Shown piece by piece: positions 11,301-17,875 of a stretch of DNA of 64,000 nt (position 1 is the stretch's first letter; each line of letters opens with the position of its first letter). The stretch is from a virus (lineage: Duplodnaviria; Caudoviricetes): the IMG/VR virus record IMGVR_UViG_3300043255_000003, positions 7,224 through 71,223 of that record. The stretch is one strand, 5' to 3'. A program made the translations under genes and the position numbers. The notes beneath the pieces were generated by a model. That model was given only the letters and a program-made list of their open reading frames with translations. It was not told the DNA's origin and ran no database searches.

Positions 11301-11745
11301 GACCAAAATTATTCGTCGCGTAAGTGCTGTTCAGGCCGAAGATCTTAAAGCCATGCCCATCCAGTGACCCAGTTAATGGCGTACTGGTAGCGCCCAACGG
11401 CGTCCAGTTTTCTGCGGTCACATCGATGTCATTAGCCAGCGCATAATGCTTGGCCAAGTCCATGTTGATTAGATCGTCGGTGTTATAGATAAGGAGCGGG
11501 CTATCGATACTCAGCCCGTCGCCTTCAATAAAATCGGTAACGTGCTTCAGCGACGAGAACGGAATGACGTAGTCAATGTCGATGGGTTGCGGGTATTTGA
11601 CCAGCACCTCGACGGTGAGTGTCGAGACGCGGGCTGCTGGGTCGCCCCGCCTTAATGCCTCAACGGTGAGTGTCGAGACGCGGGCTGCTGGATCGGCCCG
11701 CCTTAATACTTCGACGGTCAGCGTTGATACGCGTCCGACGGTCAT
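8344..11745 (-). CDS. Tail fibre-like protein: N-terminal repeats, GLUG-type domain, about 35 xxIP(I/V)EW repeats
   Basis: 1133 aa. RVSTLTVE(V/A)L x3 at the N-terminus. The GGDRAGGLIG/GTRVGGVTG segment resembles GLUG-repeat beta-helix domains, followed by a long repeat shaft. Confidence 0.65.
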   Translation of the reverse strand: MTVGRVSTLTVEVLRRADPAARVSTLTVEALRRGDPAARVSTLTVEVLVKYPQPIDIDYVIPFSSLKHVTDFIEGDGLSIDSPLLIYNTDDLINMDLAKHYALANDIDVTAENWTPLGATSTPLTGSLDGHGFKIFGLNSTYATNNFGLFYEITTGTIRRLGVATTVAGITAQSSSLYSAVLVGAGHNTTGWLIEDCWVEGKVDTGGDRAGGLIGITNNGGSPDSDLRRNRVAVWLSGTIGTRVGGVTGYSNSTGLTHSDNYFDSDVATTTAQGTGSVGTAKTTTLMQEEATFANFDFVDTWFIDEGVDYPYLWTLPATRPAPIEWSGELLLDHEIPVEWQLEVDPGIESDHAILIEWRQGIAQNHVIPIAWLQGLAIDNSVPVEWTQGILQNHEIPVEWNTVIVPGDYAIPVEWRQGLASDHEMPYDWRQPEVQADSIILIDWTTELLLDHQILFEWINEIVPGDHVIPVEWVQGVATDNEIPITWSGPLGVDHEIPFNWSGVIDADRSIPIEWTTSLLQDHQVPAEWTGGVSQDNEIPVQWSGPLGVDHVIPYAWRGPFADPGSDYVILIDWTTELELDQSIPVEWALDVFADQGMPIEWLLESVIVSLHEIPINWSGPVTSDHVIPYEWMTIIFLELDQQMPIEWHLELEIDRTIPVEWLLGLFGDHTIPVEYHGELLLDGSIPVEWQTPFAAVDFVTPIEWRTELQLDHTMPIEWSLAVLDDNAIPTEWTLDVGPTSSIPVGWVGALGVVCDDVTVSPWSSGSHYTAFGWFGIARLGYTSGAEWRMVLSYGGFNVQVGEPIESAEYVGSSPLTTTLTIDVDVHAELAVDPPAGSGTHLPTTYTLTTAFTNLTYPPSPGGVRPTVDLTSVMEELRDIGALASPAYNVNLVFVDRSGVEGASDVHSVSSLNVIANCDAPEYEIPFEWGGVLGLDNEIPVEWAQEVVVFQDHPLPIEWQQIFFKQFDHMIPWEALGISDTASTLPVEWGGSPGAEAVIPIEWTDPLFALFVTHLDDCNFWVAACDPTEWAAACWNSGWVAEPLEVVEQSDAADLEWGARPEEIGGTWCAELRKAAWETSDNERLWTSDGPCTGWLAEAYDTDWGTQTQSTVWNASRQGTRWTVLEPNVRGDR
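8740..10790 (-). repeat. About 35 imperfect 14-18 aa repeats (D-H-x-I-P-I/V-E-W) in two blocks
   Basis: Counted 30 repeats from PAPIEW to SSIPVGW, an unrelated insert, then 5-6 more. ccactcgac/ccactcgat recurs in the DNA. Block boundaries are approximate. Confidence 0.85.
11610..11740 (-). repeat. Tandem 51-bp-period repeat encoding RVSTLTVE(V/A)L
   Basis: acggtgagtgtcgagacgcgggctgctgg occurs twice, plus a third degenerate copy. Confidence 0.8.
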
Positions 11746-11748
11746 CGC

Positions 11749-12786
11749 TTATGACTCGATGGTGTAGCCGAATTCGCCGCTGTTGACTTCAGACTCTGTC
11801 CACGCGGCTGCGCCTGATGGGTGATCCTCGAACATATCGGTGTACCACACATAGTCGGTGGTCAGCGCATGCGCCGCACCTTCGCCCTCGGTCGTGCCGT
11901 CTTCTGCCAGCGTCCGCATTTCACGCCCACCAGCGTCATCTTTCTTCGCCCAGATACCTACCTGCACGCCGAGAACATCCTCGGTGTCGGTGGTCAGGTC
12001 GCCGTGCGAGAAGCGATCGTCGTGATCGACTGTGGAGGACTCGTTGTAGGTTGTGTCATTGTCGGTCGGCAGTTCTTCGACGTTCTGATAGTTCGACCCG
12101 GCAGACGGCGTGAAGTCTGACGCCGCGCCAGTGCCATCGGCGACCAGTGTTTCGACAGAGACATCGCCGTAGAAGTCCTGACTGGCAGCATCGTCTGCGA
12201 CATAGAAATCATCAAAATACCAATCGTGCGTTGAGCCTTGCAGCGTGATTCCATCCACATAGGCATTGCCAGCGTTCTGTGTGTCGCCACCGCTGAAATC
12301 GATATCCGGTGTATCGCTGCCGTTGATGCGCAACTCGAACACGCCAACGGTGTTGCTAATCGTCCACTTCATTTCCAGATAGCACCATGTATCGGTGCCC
12401 AACTGAAAGGTGCCGGTTTCAAGAACCGTGCTTGAGCCTCGCTGGATACGAAACGTACCATTAGTGTTCATGATCAACGACAGGTGTAAAGACTGGCTCG
12501 CGGCGGCTTCATCGAATTCAATGATGCCGGTCGCGGAGGAAGGCGCGGTCGCCATCTTGAACGCAATGCCACAAAACCCGGTGACCACGTTCGCCCCCAG
12601 CGCGTGAGTTATTTGCGCAGAACTCTGGATTTTTAACGCTGCACCAGTTGCGGCACCACGCAACCCGGTAGTGACGACATCGTAGTTTGTGTCGCCAGCC
12701 ACTCCAGCCACCCAGCGTCCAGCGCCACCGTACCCGGCAACCTGATCAACAGCCCAGTCGAACCCATCAATGTAGAGCAGGCTCAT
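11749..12786 (-). CDS. Virion protein with LamG/concanavalin-like beta-sandwich character
   Basis: 345 aa, with MSLLYIDGFD start, WCYLEMKWTISNTVGVFELRING and WYFDDFYV segments typical of lectin-fold phage proteins. Confidence 0.55.
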   Translation of the reverse strand: MSLLYIDGFDWAVDQVAGYGGAGRWVAGVAGDTNYDVVTTGLRGAATGAALKIQSSAQITHALGANVVTGFCGIAFKMATAPSSATGIIEFDEAAASQSLHLSLIMNTNGTFRIQRGSSTVLETGTFQLGTDTWCYLEMKWTISNTVGVFELRINGSDTPDIDFSGGDTQNAGNAYVDGITLQGSTHDWYFDDFYVADDAASQDFYGDVSVETLVADGTGAASDFTPSAGSNYQNVEELPTDNDTTYNESSTVDHDDRFSHGDLTTDTEDVLGVQVGIWAKKDDAGGREMRTLAEDGTTEGEGAAHALTTDYVWYTDMFEDHPSGAAAWTESEVNSGEFGYTIES

Positions 12787-13160
12787 GGCAGTGCAGGGAC
12801 TTCAGGTTCAGAGCCGTCTTCGCATTCACCAACGGTGAACTCGCGTTTGGCAAGTTTGCGATAGCGCCCCAGTTGCTCGAACAGGATCTCGTCAAGGCTG
12901 GTGGTGCCGGACTGGCACTTCGCGTTAAGGATGCCTTGGATTCTTTTCACGATGACCCCGACCTCGATGTTGTCCAGTTGACCGGAGAACTTTTGCTCGA
13001 ACTGATCCTGATCCTGCTCATGATAATTCTTGGTCGCGATCAACTGCGTCATCTGGTAGGTCCACGTTGCACCGCCGACGATCAGGCCGATTGCGCTGCC
13101 GAAAATGATCAGCGTCTTGACGATATCCAGTGGACTTGCATGTAGTTTTTCGTCACCCAC
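12783..13160 (-). CDS. Single-TM membrane protein
   Basis: 125 aa, hydrophobic IVKTLIIFGSAIGLIVGGATW followed by a soluble domain with two Cys. Confidence 0.55.
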   Translation of the reverse strand: MGDEKLHASPLDIVKTLIIFGSAIGLIVGGATWTYQMTQLIATKNYHEQDQDQFEQKFSGQLDNIEVGVIVKRIQGILNAKCQSGTTSLDEILFEQLGRYRKLAKREFTVGECEDGSEPEVPALP

Positions 13161-13161
13161 A

Positions 13162-13443
13162 TCACAGCTTCATGTAGGTCATTTCTATGCCAGCCGCCGG
13201 GTTGATGTCACCCGCCGTTGGGTTGACGAAGCGCACTGTCAGCACGTCCGGGGCGGTCGCATGAACCATCGTGCCGTACAGCAGCCCGGCATCCAATGCG
13301 GCCAGATCAAACGCGACGAGATACACCTCGCCGGTCTTCACGCCGGGAACGTCGATGGCGGCGTCTACCGTGGTGATCGTGGTGACGTTCGGGATGTTGA
13401 CATCGATCTGCTTAACGTCGTTTGAATTTACTTTCAAAACCAT
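13162..13443 (-). CDS. Small virion (cement/decoration-like) protein
   Basis: 93 aa beta-sandwich-like, with DVLTVRFVNPTAGDINPAAG, between adaptor and tail genes. Confidence 0.5.
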   Translation of the reverse strand: MVLKVNSNDVKQIDVNIPNVTTITTVDAAIDVPGVKTGEVYLVAFDLAALDAGLLYGTMVHATAPDVLTVRFVNPTAGDINPAAGIEMTYMKL

Positions 13444-13452
13444 GGTGCTCTC

Positions 13453-14223
13453 CTAGAAATAATGACCGACCGAGCGGCGCGGATAATTGCGTTCCTGCCG
13501 ACGTACTCTCAGCAACCGCGCACTGGGACGTTCACCCACCTTGATGGTGAAGCTGTCGAGGAAATCGGCGGACAGTTTCTTGTCCTCGGTCTCGGCATCT
13601 TTTTTCAGGTACGCCAGATGTTTCATGTAGTCGAGCAGATCGAGGTGATGCTGTTCGTCAATCTCTGGCTCGTCTTGGTGACGACGCGTCCACACCATGG
13701 CAGCGAAGGGCAATCTATCGACAGTCAAGTGGATAGCGCCCGCAAGTTCCGGCACCGGGTAGAGATCGAACGAACGATGATCGGCGTCCTCGATGTAGAA
13801 CTCAGGCGTGCCCGCCAGCGCGGCGCTGGCTTCCAGATCCCACTGAGGCTTGTTGAGGTCCATCCACTGCACCGTGCGCTTTTGCAGTTGATGTTCGTCG
13901 CCGTTCGAGTCTACGAACTTGGCGCGACGGATCGACAGGATGCGCCGGTCATACGAGTATCGCTGCGTCGCGATCGAGATCGTGATGTGAGTGATGGTTG
14001 CCTGCGTGTTTGAATCAAGGATCGGCTGACGAAAGCAGAATTCGTTCTGCGCTTCGTTGGCATAACGACAGATCTCCTGATTCTTCCACAGGAGACCCGT
14101 ATCGTCGTTCTTCCAGTTTACGTCGGTGACCGTATCGCCGGGCAGGTCATCAACGTCGAGCCGGAAAAGTGTTGCTAGTTCCTCCAGTGTGAGTGGAGGC
14201 TTGATGTCCTGCGCACTGGCCAT
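13453..14223 (-). CDS. Head-tail adaptor / connector protein
   Basis: 256 aa. ICRYANEAQNEFC...GTPEFY...FDLYPVP...EIDEQHHLDLLDYMKHLAYLKKDAET is typical of podoviral adaptors located after the capsid genes. Confidence 0.7.
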   Translation of the reverse strand: MASAQDIKPPLTLEELATLFRLDVDDLPGDTVTDVNWKNDDTGLLWKNQEICRYANEAQNEFCFRQPILDSNTQATITHITISIATQRYSYDRRILSIRRAKFVDSNGDEHQLQKRTVQWMDLNKPQWDLEASAALAGTPEFYIEDADHRSFDLYPVPELAGAIHLTVDRLPFAAMVWTRRHQDEPEIDEQHHLDLLDYMKHLAYLKKDAETEDKKLSADFLDSFTIKVGERPSARLLRVRRQERNYPRRSVGHYF

Positions 14224-14234
14224 GCGGTGTCACC

Positions 14235-14756
14235 TCAATCTTCGTCGCCGGGTGGGTTCTCGTCTTCTTCGCTTTCCCCATCGCCGTCGCCTTCGCCCGT
14301 GCCGCCATCAGTGGTCCGCAAGGTGCGTTCTTCCTCGATCGCCTGCAGCAGTGTCGAGCGCGCTTGGCCCGACATTTCCATCGTTGCCAACTGCTCCAGT
14401 GCCGGGTCGGACAGTACGCCCAACTGCTCGGAAGCGTCGCGAACATTCATGCCGATGATCGTCTCGCACATCTGCAATTCGATGTCGAGATCTTCCTCGA
14501 CTTTCAGCTTGTCCTCGTCGCTCGGCTCGTCAGGAATTTCAACGATCGGAGCAGACGGTGGCTTCTTCGGTTTCGGCAGTTCGTGGCCAGCCTCTGTGTA
14601 ACACTCAGTGATACTCAGCAGGCGGGCGATGTGCCCCTCGTCTTTTACTTCACAGACGTGAGGGCCACCTTCTTTCGTCGGCTTGAAGTGATAACTCACG
14701 CCGGGAAAATTTACGGTAGTACCTTTCTTTCGTCGCGTGTGGCATTCGATCAGCAT
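14235..14756 (-). CDS. Hypothetical head-module protein
   Basis: 173 aa, MLIECHTRRKKGTTV...YHFKP...HVCEVKDEGHIARLLSITECY with an acidic tail. RBS GGGGAG. Confidence 0.6.
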   Translation of the reverse strand: MLIECHTRRKKGTTVNFPGVSYHFKPTKEGGPHVCEVKDEGHIARLLSITECYTEAGHELPKPKKPPSAPIVEIPDEPSDEDKLKVEEDLDIELQMCETIIGMNVRDASEQLGVLSDPALEQLATMEMSGQARSTLLQAIEEERTLRTTDGGTGEGDGDGESEEDENPPGDED

Positions 14757-14775
14757 AACTAACTCCCCATCTCAG

Positions 14776-14804
14776 AAAAGAACGGGGGCCATAGTAGCCC
14801 CCGT
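14776..14804 (-). terminator. Rho-independent terminator after the capsid genes
   Basis: 8-bp stem ACGGGGGC/GCCCCCGT with a 7-nt loop, followed by TCTTTT on the minus strand. Confidence 0.75.
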
Positions 14805-14844
14805 CAACTCCACAAAGCCAGAACCGCGAAGGTTACTGGTGAAA

Positions 14845-15327
14845 TTACTCGTTGCCGAGGAATTGCGCGCCAAGATCAGGCTGTGAGGTCAGCGTCAGGC
14901 CGAGTTTCCCGACGAGGCCGGTGGCCGATACTGTCTCCAGTGTGATCACGATGAACCTGTCGTAGTTCTGCGGGGCCAACCGGGCTGCCGCAAAACTCAT
15001 GTGGTTCGCACGGGTCGCTGCCGTTTGCACGGCGACGGCTGTTGCGAACAACGTCAGGTCAGTCGTGTCTGCAGGATCTTGAATGCTGTCCTCGATGCCA
15101 ATATCAACAGCGCCCGTCGCACCCGTATCGAGATCGTCATTATCCATGACTAAATCGATGATGCGATGGCCCGCTGGCAACTTGACCACTCGGACTTGAA
15201 GTGCGGCATCTTCCATGCCGAGGACGGTGGTATCGAATTCCCCCCTCTGCACAGTTACCTGACCGGCTTGCGCAGAGGCAACCGCTGGTCCCTGTTTGCC
15301 GCCCATGATAGTTGCTACTGTCGCCAT
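14845..15327 (-). CDS. Capsid decoration / minor capsid protein
   Basis: 160 aa immediately downstream of the MCP, beta-rich (VKLPAGHRIIDLVM). Confidence 0.6.
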   Translation of the reverse strand: MATVATIMGGKQGPAVASAQAGQVTVQRGEFDTTVLGMEDAALQVRVVKLPAGHRIIDLVMDNDDLDTGATGAVDIGIEDSIQDPADTTDLTLFATAVAVQTAATRANHMSFAAARLAPQNYDRFIVITLETVSATGLVGKLGLTLTSQPDLGAQFLGNE

Positions 15328-15379
15328 GATCTCTACCTCTCAAAAAAGTTGATTTCCGTTACTGGGTCACGCCCCGCTA

Positions 15380-16498
15380 TTAGCCCGGATCAGCGGAGTA
15401 GGTATCAACGGCAATGACGCCGAAGTCCGTCGCTGTGCCTTCGATAGTGAATCGCGTTTTCTTCAGCCCGAAGATCGAAGAAGTTGAGATCACAAGCTGG
15501 TTGCCGTTATCTCTGGTCTCTTCATGCCAGTTGAAACGCAACCCGGTTCCGGGCGATCCGAACGAGATCACACTTGCCTGTGCGCCAAGGAACAGTGCGC
15601 GAGCCGCAGGTTCTGCACCACCGGCACCAGCATCCGTGAACCGAATCACACCCTTGTGCGAATGGAGCACGACACTGTTGTGCATGCCGAGACCGCCCTT
15701 GAAGATCGGGGATGACCGGCCTTCAGCAGTCGCGGCAGCCTTCTGGATTTCCAGCCAGTTGGCTGCGCCAGTAGCGGTACGCAAATCGTATGCCTGCCAT
15801 GGCGACATCAGAAGAACGTAGTGTTCCTCGCCGTCGATCATGATTGGCTGAATCTGCGGTATGCCCGCCGTGCCGCCGCCCATCATAATGGCCTTGGTCA
15901 CTGCACGATCGATCTCGGTCGTGGTGATCTGGTCATCATCGGAGATGGTTGCGTAGGAAGTTGCGTCGCCGCCGTACATGACATGCGATGCAGACGGGGC
16001 TTGGATCGTGTTGTTCGCAAACCCGGTGTAGGACGTTGGGAAGATGTACTCGGTGTTCGCACCGCGTGAACCAGAGATGTAGATGAACAGCAGTTCATCG
16101 AATACCCGGCCCCACCATTCCGACTGTCTGGCGCGAGCCACGCGACGCAGATCATGGATCGTGCGCTTGCGGGTCATGCGACCACCGGAATTGACGCCGC
16201 CGCGCATCTGATCGATGTAGACAGCGTCGGTGTAGAACTTGAGATCTTCTTCCGTGCCTTCCTGAATGTCATCGCCCTCAATCGGCTGTTGACGAAGCTG
16301 CATAGAAAGATCAAAAGTAATTTGTTCGCCAGCGTCGTTTTCCAACTGGGGAAGCATCTGGATCGGCATGCCCGACTCAGGTCCTACACCCATAAACTTC
16401 TTGTTGAAATACGACACTCTGGCGGTGTCCACTGCAAGAAACGCAGAGAAGCGTTTTACAGCTTTGGGGTCGTTAAGACCAACTATCGTTCGTGACAT
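15380..16498 (-). CDS. Major capsid protein (N4-gp56 / DUF4043-type)
   Basis: 372 aa. MSRTIVGLNDPKAVKRFSAFL...AGEQITFDLSMQLRQQPIEGD...EEDLKFYTDAVYIDQMRGGVNSGGRMTRKRTIHDLR...GLKKTRF. RBS GGAGG. Confidence 0.9.
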   Translation of the reverse strand: MSRTIVGLNDPKAVKRFSAFLAVDTARVSYFNKKFMGVGPESGMPIQMLPQLENDAGEQITFDLSMQLRQQPIEGDDIQEGTEEDLKFYTDAVYIDQMRGGVNSGGRMTRKRTIHDLRRVARARQSEWWGRVFDELLFIYISGSRGANTEYIFPTSYTGFANNTIQAPSASHVMYGGDATSYATISDDDQITTTEIDRAVTKAIMMGGGTAGIPQIQPIMIDGEEHYVLLMSPWQAYDLRTATGAANWLEIQKAAATAEGRSSPIFKGGLGMHNSVVLHSHKGVIRFTDAGAGGAEPAARALFLGAQASVISFGSPGTGLRFNWHEETRDNGNQLVISTSSIFGLKKTRFTIEGTATDFGVIAVDTYSADPG

Positions 16499-16530
16499 AG
16501 TGACAAACCTCCAACTGTGGTCGGTGAGCC

Positions 16531-16544
16531 GTCACTCTTGCGAC
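16531..16544 (-). promoter_or_regulatory. 14-nt motif GTCGCAAGAGTGAC (copy 2), 32 nt upstream of the MCP start
   Basis: Identical to 5624..5637 and at almost the same distance from the start codon. Confidence 0.6.
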
Positions 16545-16564
16545 GAACCTTAAATTCGAGGGGA

Positions 16565-16789
16565 TCATAACCCCTCGCCCTGAAATATAACACCATCTGG
16601 CGGAAAAACTTCAACCGACACATCGTCAGGTGCATCGATCGCCAGTCTGGCGAACTTGTGGCCTCGTTTGTAGATCAACTGAACCACGACCTTCCGCGTC
16701 TCATCTCCATCCGTGATGCGCAGCTTGTGGTTGGTCGCCAGATCGACTTCCAACCGCCCGCCCCGCTCGATATCGCGGTACAACGACAT
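16565..16789 (-). CDS. CsrA-fold-like small protein
   Basis: 74 aa. The pattern V(V/Q)L-x-x-KRG-x-x-ARLAIDAPDDVSV parallels CsrA [23 protein letters not shown]. It lacks the C-terminal REE. Confidence 0.45.
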   Translation of the reverse strand: MSLYRDIERGGRLEVDLATNHKLRITDGDETRKVVVQLIYKRGHKFARLAIDAPDDVSVEVFPPDGVIFQGEGL

Positions 16790-17860
16790 CTAGTAGTTCC
16801 GAGAATCTAGGTACTTGTCAGCATCCGCCTTCGGCATTTTCGCCAACGCTGCTTCCAAGTCCATGCCCTCCAACGTATCAAGGCTTGAGAATTCGTCCTT
16901 CGCCTCTTTCTCTTCACTCGAAGCAGGGATGTCCGCCAGTGTCTGCGGCGGTGCTGGCTGCTTCTTGTCTTCGAGATCTGCTTTGATCGCATCGGCGGTG
17001 GCGTCCTTCTTGTCGTCCGCCTTGTCGTCGGCCTTGGGTTCCGGGATCTGGAACGCTTCGGCAACTGACTTCGATGCTTCCTGCAGGAACCATCGATACG
17101 ATCGCCCGGCGTTGTCGTCCACGGCATACAGTTCTTCGAGCGCACCGCGCAACGCACCGTAGATGACCGGGTTCTGAAACTGCTGGTTCTCTTCCGCGAA
17201 CCGCTCCACTTCCCACTGCCAATGCTGGTCAGCGATCAGGTCGTTGTTGCCCGCAACGAACTCGGCCTCGCGCTTGATCGCCGTGAGGTCTGCCATCTTG
17301 TTACTCAGGGCGCGGTTTTCTTTGGCGTGCCCGGCGTATTCAATTTCTCCGTCTTCGAGTTTCTTGTCCAGTGCTTCGATAGCGGCGTCGGTATCAGAGA
17401 TTTGCTGTTCGTAGTCTTCGGGCAATCCTCTGGCAGCCAACTGTGCTCGGAACGAATCAACCTGCAAGGGTGGCGGGAGGTCGTCGTCTGCAGCGGCATC
17501 ATCTGCAGCCGCAGCTTCTTTCCCGTCATCACCAGCGCCAGCGTCATCGGCACCCGCTTTGTCGTTCCCGGCATCAGCATCGTCCTTGGCATCGCCCGCC
17601 TTGTCGTCTGCCTTGTCGTCGGCTTTAAGGTCGGAGGCAGCGCCTGCCTCTTCGTCGTCGGCTGTCTGGGGAAGAACTTCCTTCTCCGAATCAGCTTTGG
17701 CACTGCCCCCGTCTGACTTGTCGTCATCCGTGGCTGCCGCTGCAGATTCCTCGTCGCCTGTTCCTTCCGCGTCGCTCTCTTCGAGCGCAGCGATTTCCTC
17801 TTCGGAAAGTCCCGCGTGGGACATATCTTCTTCTGTTACTGCCTTACCCATAGCTATCAC
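16790..17860 (-). CDS. Capsid scaffolding protein
   Basis: 356 aa, highly acidic and low-complexity with a coiled coil, between portal and MCP. C-terminal LDTLEGMDLEAALAKMPKADADKYL. Confidence 0.75.
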   Translation of the reverse strand: MIAMGKAVTEEDMSHAGLSEEEIAALEESDAEGTGDEESAAAATDDDKSDGGSAKADSEKEVLPQTADDEEAGAASDLKADDKADDKAGDAKDDADAGNDKAGADDAGAGDDGKEAAAADDAAADDDLPPPLQVDSFRAQLAARGLPEDYEQQISDTDAAIEALDKKLEDGEIEYAGHAKENRALSNKMADLTAIKREAEFVAGNNDLIADQHWQWEVERFAEENQQFQNPVIYGALRGALEELYAVDDNAGRSYRWFLQEASKSVAEAFQIPEPKADDKADDKKDATADAIKADLEDKKQPAPPQTLADIPASSEEKEAKDEFSSLDTLEGMDLEAALAKMPKADADKYLDSRNY

Positions 17861-17875
17861 TCCTGCGACTGCTGG

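Noticed and set aside
8344-11745. Diversity-generating retroelement acting on the fibre repeats
   Set aside because: No reverse transcriptase, and no template/variable repeat pair differing only at adenines. The repeats are ordinary coding repeats.
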